Of a stretch of DNA of 64,000 bases, positions 33,832 to 45,992 are shown piece by piece. The position numbers and the translations under genes are program-made. The stretch is from contig CH464491.1 of assembly GCA_000002445.1 (NCBI GenBank), forward strand, positions 1,216,001 to 1,280,000, read 5' to 3'. This DNA comes from Trypanosoma brucei (lineage: Eukaryota). The notes beneath the pieces were generated by a model, which did no database searches, was not told where the DNA came from, and saw only the letters and a list, made by a program, of their open reading frames with translations. Each line of letters opens with the position of its first letter. Within the stretch, counting starts at the first letter, position 1.

Positions 33832-35313
33832 CTAGGTGTATTGTAACACGGTAGCAGACTGCAAATGACTGAACGAGCCAACAGCACCTATATCCCACTC
33901 TTGGTTACGGTCTACCGGGGGAGCCTGTTCATCCTCCTTCACTTCTTTAGTGCCAATAGTGCCCCTTTCGCCGCGGTAAAAATCATTAGAACGAGATATG
34001 TAGCTGATGCTACAGCATGGTACAGAGAACTTCCGGTCAGCGGCGTAGCTCTTGGGACAACATTGCTTCAACAGCGCCGATACAACGTCAGCGTGTGTTA
34101 CAATCATCGTCCGAGTAGGTGGGAGTAACGCGATGCTGTTGAACGGCTGCGGGCCGAAGTCACTCATTGAGAGAGTGAGCAGTGAGGACCTCTCTCTAAA
34201 GGTACGCGGTAGTCCCTTAGCCTCTCCTTGAGCCGCCTCCCAAACGCAACGAGGGACAGAGGAGGGAGTATCGGTATCGTTGCTGAAGTGCGTCCGTACC
34301 ACCTCGGCAGCCCGTAGAAGTAAACAACCTGGACCCTCTGGGTATTTGACAGCAATCCCGTTGTTGGTAATGCTGCGACAAGGAGCATAACCCCCTCTCC
34401 GGTCTGATGGATAAGAAATAGAGGCATCCCCACAAGAGATCCCCTGGTGTAAGGACCTGCGCACAGAAGGTGAAGTCCACAGAAGGAACGAGGCATTTCC
34501 GTTGTAAAGCCCATCAAGAGTTTCCACCCACCCCGCAATGGTCGTTTCATCGACAAGGTTCCTCATCCCGTCCAACTTACGCTTACAAGCAGCGGTGCGG
34601 AAAAAAGAACTTAACGAGGCATGCAGTGATTCCCAATGAGGACAAAACAGAATGCTGTCCCCACAAAGATCGTAGCTACCACCCAAACCAGGTGCATGGG
34701 AATACAACCTCGATGACTGCCAATCACCAAGCAAAGGGTCTACAAACACCACAAGTTTCCCATCAAAGCCTGTAATGTTGACGATTATCGCTGTTTCGAG
34801 ACACCGATGAAACGGCGAAGTGAGAAGCATGGACAGCATCCCTAGTTCCCGCTGCCGAATTTTCGCATGGCGCCTTTGCTGTCGAAAAAAGAGCCCCGTT
34901 TCCAGTGCCTGCCATCGACCATCAGTGGAAAGTGGAGGATCAGTATTAGGAAGGTGCGATAGTGGAACCCCAACGTTAGACTTCCAATTACGATTAACGT
35001 GATCAAGTCTCTCACCGTGACGAAGTAGTAGAACCTCATCGCGAAACATACTCGCAGTCTGATGCCACTGAAGCGAGCGCCGCTTTGCTCTCAGAGCATA
35101 CTGCACGGACGTCATGAAACGAACGGAACCGAGTTGTACACGCACTGTACACTTAGCCTGTGAACTTGTGCTCTGTAGCGTGGTTACACTCGTGCATCCT
35201 GGTCGCAAACCGAGAAGAGAGTGAACTAAATAAAGAAAACCAATCCCCAGTGCGACGGCGACGCACAAGCGGGGCAGAAGCTCGTCACCAAGTTCCACGG
35301 TCACGCGTTTCAA
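33832..35313 (-). CDS. histidine phosphatase superfamily (phosphoglycerate-mutase-like) protein
   Basis: RHG motif in VLLLRHGERLDHVNRNW. Second catalytic His context near the C-terminus is IVTHADVVSALL. The track start at 35313 is TTG. The first ATG is at cat 35113-35115 (MTSVQYALRAKRR…). The upstream hydrophobic segment LPRLCVAVALGIGFLYLVHSLLGL may be translated only if a non-ATG start is used, so the start is uncertain. Confidence 0.6.
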   Translation of the reverse strand: MKRVTVELGDELLPRLCVAVALGIGFLYLVHSLLGLRPGCTSVTTLQSTSSQAKCTVRVQLGSVRFMTSVQYALRAKRRSLQWHQTASMFRDEVLLLRHGERLDHVNRNWKSNVGVPLSHLPNTDPPLSTDGRWQALETGLFFRQQRRHAKIRQRELGMLSMLLTSPFHRCLETAIIVNITGFDGKLVVFVDPLLGDWQSSRLYSHAPGLGGSYDLCGDSILFCPHWESLHASLSSFFRTAACKRKLDGMRNLVDETTIAGWVETLDGLYNGNASFLLWTSPSVRRSLHQGISCGDASISYPSDRRGGYAPCRSITNNGIAVKYPEGPGCLLLRAAEVVRTHFSNDTDTPSSVPRCVWEAAQGEAKGLPRTFRERSSLLTLSMSDFGPQPFNSIALLPPTRTMIVTHADVVSALLKQCCPKSYAADRKFSVPCCSISYISRSNDFYRGERGTIGTKEVKEDEQAPPVDRNQEWDIGAVGSFSHLQSATVLQYT

Positions 35314-35672
35314 TCTACACTACAAACGTATTAAAAAAGGGAAGAAAAATAATATCGAGACGCAAATGAGGGGCGGAGAACCAGAAAAGGCGTCTAGGAT
35401 ACACGTTAAAAGCACCTCTGTATGCGTAAGTGAGGGAATGTGGGATAGCACAGAAAGGAGACATAACTCTTGCTGTATACGGCAGAGCAGTGCAAATGTC
35501 TTGCACTACACATGCCGACCAACCGAGTGAGCAAGCAATTGGAAGTGAGACTGTGACCCGCACCGACCGTCAGTGAAACCGGAGAAAAATGCTTCGCATC
35601 AACCCTAAAGATAGGCTACAGCGCAGGAGGAAAGTAACCCTCCATCAGCCCCCGCGAACGTCTTAGAAATAA

Positions 35673-37613
35673 TCAACTCTGGGATTTCGTCTGTTGCTGA
35701 GTCTCCTCTTGCAACTGCCCGTACATCTGCATGAGCAAGTCATGCTGGGCAGCGAGAGCTGCTAGCTTTTTTCGCAGTTCCTCAACTTCATCTTTGTAAC
35801 GGCGAAGACTCTCAATCTCCACCGCTTGGCGCACCAGCTCCTTTTCCATCCGCTCTCGGCCACCACGAGAAAAGTGGCTAGTGGGCCCGTCGGTATGAAA
35901 ATGAAGCAACGCTAAACATGTGTTATTCGCGCAAACGTCAACGGGGGTTAGTGGTTGGGATGGAACAAAGGAAGGCTCGGCAGCGGCAATTGAAGACGAG
36001 CACCTCGATCCACTTCGGGGCTGAATGCCGGTGCACACAGCGTCAGCTGGTTGCTTAATCTGTTTATTGAGTGCCTCGGCTTGCGCAGCCCGTATGAGCG
36101 CATCCCCCAATTCCTTTTGTACTTGGGTATGCCTTCCCTTCCACTGTAATAACTCCTGAATGGAGGCAGTTCTCTCATCCACTGCGGCACGTAATTCGTT
36201 TTGAACACCTGCAAGTTGTTGCTTATAGCTCTCCACGACCACAACATGATCACGCTTCAAAGCAGCGCACTCCTCAGCTGCCAGCGCTGCTTCCTCCAGC
36301 AGCTGTTTCTTCTGTCGTTCCGTGTCATCGAGCGCCGCGCGCAACTCACGCAACGGATTTAGGGAGCCCCGCTCATGCTCCACGAGCCTAGTTTCCGCTC
36401 GATCCGCACGATGTTCTGCTTGAAGGAGTTTCTTCTCCAACTGCTGAATGTGGAGCTCGTACTCCATTTGGTTTCGATGTAAGGAGGAAACAAACACCTC
36501 CTTCTCCCGCTTGAGTGACTCCACCACATCATTTGCGGTGTCACAACGATGATTAAGCTCTGACACGTAACGGGACACCTCACCTTGTAACTCCTGCACA
36601 CGTCTATTCTTCTCTTCTAGCTGAATAGTGAGCTCGTTCACCTGCCTCTGCGTAGCCTCACACTGTGTCTGCCTCGCAGCTGCGATGTTCTGAAGCTCAT
36701 TGTAATCCGCTGCGCCTTGTCGGAGCTGTCGTTCCAGCGACACAACACGATCCTCAGCCTCTGCCTTTCTTTCTAAAAGTTGTTTACTCCGCTCCCGCTC
36801 CCTTCCAAGCTGTTCCGATAGCTCCACTCCCTCCCTCTCGAGGGAAGCCATTTTCTCCTTGTCTACAGTGCTCCGCTTTAGATTACGAAGGCTATTAACC
36901 TCCTTTTGAAGCGACAAAATGCTTTGAGTGAGACGCTTGTTCTCATCGTTCAGACGCTGCGATGTTTCCATTTCCTCAGCCAACAATGCTTGGAATCGGA
37001 GCAGCTGCCCGTCAGTAGCATTCGGATCACTACTGGAAACAGTGCCCCCTCCTTGTCCTTCTTGCAGATTTCTACTGTCGTGGGTGTGATCTTCCGAAGT
37101 GACTAATGATCGATTATCACCTTCCTCAGACACGACCCCACTGCTCGCTCCCTTGAAAATGCCCTCGCCTCCGCCGCGCTCCCCGGGCTTGGACAGAAAC
37201 GTAACTGGAGTCTGCTTCGTTCCCGTGACTGCAGTCTTGCCTTGCTCTCTTTCTGTCGTGTCAAACTTTTGTCCGAGCTCGCAGCTCACGTCACTCGACC
37301 GCGTTTGCAACACAGCGGGAGGTAACAACCTGTCACTAGCTTCAACTTCGCAACAATCCCCCATGCCGATAGCCGATGGAGCAACACCATGTGTACTACT
37401 ATCCTCCTGATGTGTTTCTTTCTGTTTGGTCGCTAGCTGCATAGAAATGACCCCTCCTTCCACTTCATTAAGTTCACTACCCGATAAATGCACCACGTCA
37501 TCGCTTCCATGTCCCTCTTTTTCTTCAATGCCTTCGAATTCCTCCAACTTCCCAGCTAATCCCGAGACGTTGTCAAGTGTTTTTTGGATCTCGTTCAGCC
37601 ATGAACCAAGCAT
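35673..37613 (-). CDS. coiled-coil protein (hypothetical)
   Basis: 646 aa with a real ATG (cat 37611-37613). About 350 aa of continuous heptad repeats (…LQKEVNSLRNLKRSTVDKEKMASLEREGVELSEQLGRERERSKQLLERKAEAEDRVVSLERQLRQ…). Confidence 0.65.
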   Translation of the reverse strand: MLGSWLNEIQKTLDNVSGLAGKLEEFEGIEEKEGHGSDDVVHLSGSELNEVEGGVISMQLATKQKETHQEDSSTHGVAPSAIGMGDCCEVEASDRLLPPAVLQTRSSDVSCELGQKFDTTEREQGKTAVTGTKQTPVTFLSKPGERGGGEGIFKGASSGVVSEEGDNRSLVTSEDHTHDSRNLQEGQGGGTVSSSDPNATDGQLLRFQALLAEEMETSQRLNDENKRLTQSILSLQKEVNSLRNLKRSTVDKEKMASLEREGVELSEQLGRERERSKQLLERKAEAEDRVVSLERQLRQGAADYNELQNIAAARQTQCEATQRQVNELTIQLEEKNRRVQELQGEVSRYVSELNHRCDTANDVVESLKREKEVFVSSLHRNQMEYELHIQQLEKKLLQAEHRADRAETRLVEHERGSLNPLRELRAALDDTERQKKQLLEEAALAAEECAALKRDHVVVVESYKQQLAGVQNELRAAVDERTASIQELLQWKGRHTQVQKELGDALIRAAQAEALNKQIKQPADAVCTGIQPRSGSRCSSSIAAAEPSFVPSQPLTPVDVCANNTCLALLHFHTDGPTSHFSRGGRERMEKELVRQAVEIESLRRYKDEVEELRKKLAALAAQHDLLMQMYGQLQEETQQQTKSQS

Positions 37614-40255
37614 GGTAACGGAGGAACCTAGGTTTTAAATAGAAGTAGAAGGAAGAAAGAGAATATTAGTGAAGAAGAAAACATTAACCTCCGCAACTGC
37701 ACCTCTACAACACCATATCCTTGAGGGAAAGGAAGGAAACAAATGTGACGAAAACCTGCACACGACAGATATCAACCCAACGTTCACACGACAGAGACGG
37801 TCCACGACCAGGGACTCATGGTCACACCCGTGATAAGCAACAGCACGACATATGTCAAGCGACTCAATTCGACAACACGATCGAACTGGGGGGAGGGGAC
37901 AAGGTAAACTCAGCCCTGGAGGGGATAACAGTCAACGCAAGTTGCGAAAAGGTGGTAGGGATTCCGCTGATATGACGAAAAATAAAACATCCTGAGAGTC
38001 GTATGCCAGCTGGATCATGCGGTCCTCACTAAACATTAAGCCATCAGTTGATGCCCCCTCACCACGAAGGCCGCCAATAGCCACAACACGTCCAAAGCCA
38101 AGCAAACGAAAATGGATGAGAGCCGCCGTGTCACCCACCCACTAGCTTTTGACTCGTAGCCCTTCATACAATTAGATTATCTAATTTCCCTTCGCTACAC
38201 CTTTTCTATCGAGAGGCCCTGCGCGAGGAACAAAGGTTTTTACACCTTTCAGCGCAACCCGCAGCAGTGGCCCCTGGGAAACGCCACCGGCATAACAAAC
38301 GTTAACCAGCTGCCGCGAAAAATGCGTCCCCACATAAACAAAACAAAAACCCACTGAAGCGGGAGGTACACCACAGCACCAACAAGAGAAGGGAAAAGGA
38401 AAGCAACGACTGGTAAGAATGTACAGAAAATGTCCCAAGGACAAAGGCAAAAACCTCATGGCGGAGCGTTTGTTCCCACAAAGACGAGAGATTAACAGCG
38501 AAAGCAAAAAAGAAGCCTTGTTAACTTTATGTCCGCATTCCCATTTCTTATCTCTCTCAACGACGAAGCCAAATGAAGTTAGACGGCTCGTAGGGCACAA
38601 CGGTTGCTAACAAGCGAACATGGGAGGACAGTCACCTTCCTTTCCTTGCAGCAGCAACACCACCACGTTTGCATAACGTGTTAATTGCGCATTCCTTCCT
38701 TCACTCCATCAATTTTATCACACTTTATTTCCTTGCTCCTCCCCTCTGGCACAGCTTAACTCAGGCACTGGGCGGTACTTTGACCTGGAACTCATATACA
38801 GCATGTAAAAATAGGTGCGCAGTGGAAAATACGAAAGGCGCAGAGGAATCCACACAGGCGTTAAACGGCTTGGGAGCAAAAGACAGAAAAAGAACAAGCG
38901 AAAATAACAGGAACACACACAATTAAAAAAGAAAAAACGAAAAAAAAAGATATTTACTTCATTTCTACCTAATTCATGAGGTGAAGCAAGGAAGGATGTA
39001 AAATAAGAAAGGAAGTACCCCCCCCTCATATGCAGGAACACCTCCCGATTTTGTCGCAGCCACTCCGTAACTTGTGTTCCGTTGACCATCCTTTTCTTAA
39101 TATCTCCCTTTGAATTGGGATGTTTCTCTTCCTTTCTTTTAATTCATACTACTTCCTCCTTTGCTCTAAGCCCTGCCGCTCCTCCCGCTCTCGCTAATTC
39201 CCCGCTCCATCATGAAAACAATACGTATGCTCACCTGGAGAAAAGAGAAAGAAACTGGTGGTGCACATATACACAAGCACATGTTATCCCCTTTACATCT
39301 CATATATACGCACAGAGCCCTCTTCACAGAAGCATAAAAACGTGCCCACCCATGCACACACATTCGCGGTTTACTACACTATTCTCACTGGTATCATTTC
39401 TTCCTTTGATCAAAAATACCTACAAATAAAGTCAATACAAACATACAACAACATCTGCGCGGAAGCTTGTTCACATTTATATATTATTAGATGTAGTAAC
39501 CCTTCTCACAGTGTCTTATTCGTCACCGTTGACTCATTCCCCTTTCACACAAATGAACAAAAAAAACATAGTTACATTCTATAATGATAATTTGACCTCG
39601 AGACCGAGAATAAGTAGTGTAGACCTCCTCACGTTACCTCGAGCACGGTCGGCAGCCATTCCTAAACCACTTCATCCCCATGCATACTCTTCCCCCAGTG
39701 GAATGTTCACCCTTACATATTCTCTCCCCCTCCTCCTTTAATTCTTTAGGTACGGACCTCTCTCCTTTGCCCTTGTTTGCACCCTTCCCCCGCTTTTTAT
39801 TGTCTATCATGGCATTTTTTTTTTTCGCAAATCGGATTGTTCTTTCATTCTTACATGGCCTTCGTGGGGGCGAAACCGCATTCACATTTTTCCAAATGGG
39901 GAAAAGTAACACGAGAGCAAAAAGCAAACCCCCACAGAGTAAAGTAAGGGTGCATCATGCAAAGTGAGCGGACAGACTAATGAACAATGAAAAGTACATC
40001 AAGTAGTTTGTTTTTTTTTTAGGTGCGAAAGGAAAAGAAGACAAGCATCCCCGTGGTGTGTAAGTTACTCAAGGGGAAAGTAGCTTTTGGTGTGGCTGTT
40101 ATGTGAGCCCCTATTCGCACCACCTCCACTGAGACAGACAATGAGTGTTAACCTGGTAATTTATCTTGAAGCACGACAGAGCAACCTGCGCGGTGCTCCT
40201 TAACAAAAGAAGTACGGTTAGGGTTACGCAGATATGAGTGCACAACTCCTTCTCC

Positions 40256-40274
40256 ATATACATATATATATATT
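40256..40274. repeat. (TA)n microsatellite
   Basis: atacatatatatatatatatt read directly. A similar gtatatatatacgtatatatac occurs at 6176-6200. Confidence 0.8.
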
Positions 40275-40349
40275 TGCCTACATTGAAACACTTGTCTTCG
40301 TTTCTACACCTAAGTGCTAGAGGACAAGCACAGAGGTGGTTGTACTACC

Positions 40350-41939
40350 TCACCGAAAGTGGATCTCCTTTTTCCTACGACCCAACCTGTCAAGGTGGTC
40401 GATCTTAATCCCACCACCAGGTCTATAGGTGAATTTATCCCGTTGGCCACCGTACGAAGCTATTGCATTTCTTAGTTTCTCCTTGGCACCGCTCTTCAAG
40501 CGCTGATGCGCACTAATGACGCAGGGTTTGAACATCTTAAGAGCACGCGACACCTCCACCTCCGTGAGGGTATCAAGCATCGCACCAACACATTCCAGCA
40601 GAGCCGCAGTAAACTTCATCTCGCTAACGGACGTTTGAAGGGTGCCAGCATGTGAGGAAGCAAACTTATTCACGATATTAGCTAAGTCCGGCTCCCTAGC
40701 AGCTGCATTCAGGTCGGCTGTCACCATCTCATCACACTGATCCTGGGCGAGGGAAGGAACGAGGAAGTTCAAAAAAGATGAATGCAAAGCGACTTTGTCC
40801 GCATCTTCAAAACCAGCCTCCTTCATCCGCTTGCGAGCTTCATAAGGCAGAGCGGTGCCGCGCGATGGGTCATGGTCAACACCGATAGCAAAGTGAATCC
40901 ACAAATGATCAATCGTGTCACGAAGTTCAGACTCACCCACAAGTAACAGCGAAGAAATCGCCAAATCCTGCAGCAAATATATTTGTTCTTTGCGTTTACG
41001 GCGGAAGTTCATCACATCCTCTCGACTAAAGCTGCACAGCCTCTCACCGCGCGAGAAAGCTTCGCCAGAGAGTCTTAACCACGAGAGAACTTCATGTGAT
41101 CTGCAGCAGTTCCATTGGGTTACAATGATGTCTGCAACGGTGTTTATACTCGTTGGCACGTAAATTTCCCTTTTCGAGGGCTCCTTCTTCCTGGAGGCAC
41201 CTTGGACTTTCGCGTACGACTCACCTATATCAGGCAGCGCTCCCTCAGCCGAACTTACCATCGCTTGTTTCCGCCACTCACTCACGAGCGCATTGGTAAA
41301 TGCTTCGCTCCACTTACGATCCGAGGCTAAATTGAACCACACATACTGTGAGTTCTTGGGGATAATCGGGTACGATCCATCCAAAACAGGTGCACTGCTA
41401 AGAACAGCGTCCGAGTGATCCTCGGCATTAACCTCGCCGGGCCTCCGGCGCTTAACGTGCAGACGAAAAGAAAGGTTGGGACAAGGAAGCCCATCACCAA
41501 CAACCTGTTTGACCTCCGCTTCTGCCTCTTCGGGCTGTGTCACCGGATCTGTGTGGATAAGTACGACCGTTTCCTCGTTTTTTCCGGACTTTACTGTCGA
41601 AATGCGACAGCTACCGTAGAACATTATGTAAGGCTCCGGACGTCGAGTCGTCTCCACCACCTGCACAACCAAGACGACCATTTCCGTGCTCGGTGGAAGC
41701 TCATACTCCGTACTTGTATTGTAGAATGGAGTATTGGACCCCTCTTGTAGTGGTGACTCGTAGACACTGCCAATTGTTTCCTTCAGAAGGCTGTCGTACA
41801 AGATGAGACGCGCATACGTCGAGCACGCGCATGGATCATCCTCGGTTTGCGGGTAGTTGCGGCCACGGAGAATGTCCACATGAAGACGCACCTCCTGTGC
41901 AGAGGGGACGCTGGTTGCTTCCTTAGTTGGACGATCCAT
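40350..41939 (-). CDS. hypothetical conserved protein (N-terminal region possibly C2/beta-sandwich-like)
   Basis: 529-aa ORF with a real ATG (cat 41937-41939). Codon usage is typical of the neighbouring genes. No confident family. Confidence 0.55.
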   Translation of the reverse strand: MDRPTKEATSVPSAQEVRLHVDILRGRNYPQTEDDPCACSTYARLILYDSLLKETIGSVYESPLQEGSNTPFYNTSTEYELPPSTEMVVLVVQVVETTRRPEPYIMFYGSCRISTVKSGKNEETVVLIHTDPVTQPEEAEAEVKQVVGDGLPCPNLSFRLHVKRRRPGEVNAEDHSDAVLSSAPVLDGSYPIIPKNSQYVWFNLASDRKWSEAFTNALVSEWRKQAMVSSAEGALPDIGESYAKVQGASRKKEPSKREIYVPTSINTVADIIVTQWNCCRSHEVLSWLRLSGEAFSRGERLCSFSREDVMNFRRKRKEQIYLLQDLAISSLLLVGESELRDTIDHLWIHFAIGVDHDPSRGTALPYEARKRMKEAGFEDADKVALHSSFLNFLVPSLAQDQCDEMVTADLNAAAREPDLANIVNKFASSHAGTLQTSVSEMKFTAALLECVGAMLDTLTEVEVSRALKMFKPCVISAHQRLKSGAKEKLRNAIASYGGQRDKFTYRPGGGIKIDHLDRLGRRKKEIHFR

Positions 41940-43652
41940 ATCCTGATACCTTCTCGTGCTCAGTTTAAGCCTAGCTTCTTTCTCTCACACCTACACCGTC
42001 TTCTTTACTGTAAGAAACCCCCCAGAGTTACAATTGTGTGACGGGCCGGGTGTTTCGTTCACGGCAAAGGAAGTGATAAATGAATAGTGGTATGAAGAGG
42101 GGGAAAGGTCGCAAAACGAAGCAGGGCACCCCAATCACCATCAAAAGATAAATATTCTATATATTGACGAGCATACGCGCAGAGACACTTTAATTTCAAT
42201 TTACTGATGCGGTTAGAAAAGCGTCAACCATGTTTTTCCTCATGAACAACTGGTTCCGCTCAACTGCGCCGTCATCCGCTATCCTTCGATACACGCTATA
42301 CCTTTCCAACTTCCATCAACACCTTTTAGGCTAGTCCCTTCTCACTTACACCCAATAACCTTTTAAAGCAAAATGTACAAGGGACATATCTCTTAAAACG
42401 CTCAATCTATCAGCGTCGTTGTCATTTAGTTAAAGAACAGAGGTCACAAACATCTTGACGGGAAGATACCAAGCTACGTAAGGCAGGGAACGACTTCGCT
42501 TAGAAGTCGACGATAGTCTGTTCCCTTGAGCATGCACCTAGATTTTTTCCTTTGTGTGCTCTTATTTACTGGACCCTTCTTTTCTTCAATAACTCACAAC
42601 CCACTGTTGGACGGCACGTACCTGCGCATCTGTGTACATGTGGGAACTACAAACACTTTCGTGTATACCCTTGCTTCGAGAAAGGAAGTTAAGGTTACAC
42701 ATAGGCGCAGTTTAATCATTTACATTGCGAAAATAATCTCATTACCTACCCCACCAACGCACAGAGCGTCAAAAAAAAATCGAAAGAAAATATAATTCCC
42801 TGGATAGAATTGGTTCCCTCCCTTCAACTCACCAGTCTCGAAATAGATTCACGCGGGAAACTGTACTAAACGGCAAGGGAAAGGGGAAGTAACTACGTTG
42901 TATTGGAGCGAGCTTACATACGAAAAACACACAAAAAAGCAACACCGCAGATATATACATAGAGAAGAACGATGAGAGGGCATAGTGATCACAGGCAAGT
43001 GGAGACCCGGCAGTATGCTCCCGCCCAATGTCACAGCACCCTCAACCTTTCCTGCCGTTACTTGGCGTCAAAAACTCAAATACCGTAGAAAACCGTGAAA
43101 GCATGAAAAACTAACGGTAAAAGACAACCACAGTGAAAAAAAAAAGATCAAAGAGAATCGTGCAGCATTGCGAGGGAGGAAAACAAAGCAATCCTTAGGA
43201 GAAACCAACATATATATGACCTAAAAGCGAGGGTAGAAACACCTTGAAGAAAAACTAACACGAAACAACTGAGAAAAAAATCAGCAAAAACATGCTCGAC
43301 AAACGTAGAGCGACGGTGATACGGGAAGTGTTCCCACTCGCATCGCGCTGAACACTCCACCCCCGAGACAACCCTGCGTTAGCATTTGTATTAAGAAAAT
43401 AGACGAAAAGTAAAGGGCATACTGACACTTGGTAACAAAAACACAGGGACAAGAAAACGGCCCCCAGCAATAAAGAGTTGGAGGAGCAACAGTTGAAATC
43501 GAATCACAGACGCCACCAGAGATTATGTGTCACTGTTGTCGATCAGTTGTATTTACTCCCACTTACTTGCAATCACCCCGACGTCTCTGCCAAGATTACA
43601 TATGTTTTTCAGGTGATTGGCTTGTTACCTCCCACACACACTAGATTTGGTT

Positions 43653-45992
43653 TTATAATAAAAATGTTTCCTGGTGAAAGTCAACCCCAAGGGAATGGGC
43701 AACACTTCTTGCCAACTCCACGAGGACGGGGGAACCGCAGGCAAATAAGAGCACGGTTCTGGGATCTTTGCCGGCAATTACCTGCGGTATCCTGTCAAAA
43801 ATATCCATCCGTTCATTCACCACACATGTATATTCTCCATCTTCCACATTACAACCGCCGGTGAAAAACACCTGAATTCGGTCACTGGGAGCCTCCTCGA
43901 TTGTAGACGAGGTCGAAACAGCGGACAAGTCGCCTCCCTGCCAAAGCTGCGACATTAACAACAAAAGTTCCCTGTCACGCACGCTCCACAGAAGCATGGG
44001 AGTCGGACTCCTCAACCCCAGAGCCATGCGATCGCAGATATGACTATATACGGACGCGCATGGAGTTATACCGATGCCTCCTGCGACAAACAAAATGTTT
44101 TGATGTTCGTTGATATCTAGTGCACGGCCACATGGGCCTTCAACATACAGTTTAAACTTCAATCCGCGTCTACACACCAACTTACCCAGCTTTTCTGTCC
44201 ACGTGCCCTCACCCATTGATTTGATATAGAGTAAATAATAGCCTTCGTGTTCACACATTATACTGAAGGGATGCCACTGTAGCAGCGATATGTCGGGAAC
44301 GTTTACAAACACAAACTGCCCAGGTAATGCCCCCAGCGACCCATGTCGGAAACGAATCTCCACAAAGGAGCCGGACGCAGTAGCCGACACGAGGTCCACT
44401 GTCGATCCACGGCGATATATCCTCAGAAGCCAGTCTAGGAACCAAATAGTCAACCCGGGGAGGAAGTATTCCCATGCTGAGGCCGCATGCCACAACACAA
44501 CCGGTACCAACATGTAGAACGTGACGATGTGTGCGTAGTAGAAGAGCTCGTAGAAGCGGCGACGAAGGGGCTCCAATGCAAAAATGATTGTCGAAACAAG
44601 GGAAAAAAGTGTCGTAAGGGTGATAAGTGGAATTGTGTAGTCATCTCTGTTACCGGGAGGATCAACTGCTGGAATGGAAAAAATCCCTTGTGGAAAGACA
44701 CCCAGTTCAAAGCAGCGCACGTACCAACCTATCGCGTGACCAACGATACCAAGCAACGCTCCGTATCCAAGGAGCCTATGAACCCAAATGGACGACTCCC
44801 ATGAGGTCCCCAAAATTGAGTGAAGCACAGAATAACGACTCACGGGAAATATGGAAAGCGAGAGAAAAGCTACGGCCAACTGACCCATTGAACGATACCA
44901 TCGCTCGGATGATACCGTGTCATTAGAGATGTCAGTGTACCTCTGCTTAAAGTTATGACCCTGGATCCAGTACAAAAAAAATAGCACAATCATTGAAAAA
45001 GTGAGAAAAAGAAAACCCACCTCGCCGTACGTGTAATCACGCAACACTGGGCATCTCCGCTTGAGAAACCTCCGCCCGTAGCGGAAAGAACGAATCAACG
45101 CAGTGGTAAGTAGTATAACGAACAAGTAACCGTAGAATATCAGATTACTTGGGTACGCCTTCAGCACTACCTCGTCATTTATTACCAAATTTCTCGTGCG
45201 TATCCACGACCACGGCAGATCCGGGCAAGTGTATGTATGAGGCTCAGTTCGGCACAGGGTGTAGTTGTGCGAGCTGAGCATCCTGGCATTTCTTGCTATG
45301 CGCACAGGCAAAAACGATTCTAAGGAGTTCGGCATATAAAGTGATACAACGGCCCAAAACGAGACGAACGCGACGGCGAACAGGAACCTCAAAAGTGGTG
45401 CGAATCGATCTGAGACAAATCGACGGCCTTTGTGGCCTGTCCAAAAAGGGTCAACGCCGAATACACGGCGTGCGGCTTGAAAGAGGATTACAACTCCGAT
45501 CGGAACGAAGGACAAGAACGCTGCCAAACCAAGACCCGAACGGAATGCAACGCCGGCTTCTGGACGGCCACCTCGGTTCGTCGAGGCAGTGCTCCCGGTG
45601 CAAAAAACGGCAAGGCACTGCATGGTCTCGCTTCCCCACACAGCTCCTAGACCCCCTAACACGACAAACACCAAACCTAGCATCCCCATTAAAATAAGAC
45701 CCAAAATGCCACCATGTATGCAAGCGAGAGTGCTTGTCCCGACGTACAGTAGAGAAACTCCCAGTGTAGAAAACACGCCGAAGGAAAAGAGACCAATAAA
45801 GTTCAGTGCATCGTAACCCGCCCAATTACTTGGATGCGGGCCCACGTTGTTGAACATTTCAGCCTTAAACCATAACAGAAGGCCTAGCACCGCTATGCAC
45901 ACACTGATAGCACCCACAAAAAGGAGTTTTCGCGCAGCAACAAGAGTACTGACATCATACCCCGTTCTCGTTATGTGTGGGATTAAATCCAT
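43653..45992 (-). CDS. ferric reductase / NADPH-oxidase-like transmembrane oxidoreductase
   Basis: 779 aa with a real ATG (cat 45990-45992). Multiple TM helices carry conserved His residues. FAD-binding HPF[ST] motif (LLQWHPFSIMCEHEGYYLLYIKS). NAD(P)H-binding GGIGITP. C-terminal CGSPVL (NOX 'CGP'-type). Confidence 0.75.
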   Translation of the reverse strand: MDLIPHITRTGYDVSTLVAARKLLFVGAISVCIAVLGLLLWFKAEMFNNVGPHPSNWAGYDALNFIGLFSFGVFSTLGVSLLYVGTSTLACIHGGILGLILMGMLGLVFVVLGGLGAVWGSETMQCLAVFCTGSTASTNRGGRPEAGVAFRSGLGLAAFLSFVPIGVVILFQAARRVFGVDPFWTGHKGRRFVSDRFAPLLRFLFAVAFVSFWAVVSLYMPNSLESFLPVRIARNARMLSSHNYTLCRTEPHTYTCPDLPWSWIRTRNLVINDEVVLKAYPSNLIFYGYLFVILLTTALIRSFRYGRRFLKRRCPVLRDYTYGEVGFLFLTFSMIVLFFLYWIQGHNFKQRYTDISNDTVSSERWYRSMGQLAVAFLSLSIFPVSRYSVLHSILGTSWESSIWVHRLLGYGALLGIVGHAIGWYVRCFELGVFPQGIFSIPAVDPPGNRDDYTIPLITLTTLFSLVSTIIFALEPLRRRFYELFYYAHIVTFYMLVPVVLWHAASAWEYFLPGLTIWFLDWLLRIYRRGSTVDLVSATASGSFVEIRFRHGSLGALPGQFVFVNVPDISLLQWHPFSIMCEHEGYYLLYIKSMGEGTWTEKLGKLVCRRGLKFKLYVEGPCGRALDINEHQNILFVAGGIGITPCASVYSHICDRMALGLRSPTPMLLWSVRDRELLLLMSQLWQGGDLSAVSTSSTIEEAPSDRIQVFFTGGCNVEDGEYTCVVNERMDIFDRIPQVIAGKDPRTVLLFACGSPVLVELARSVAHSLGVDFHQETFLL

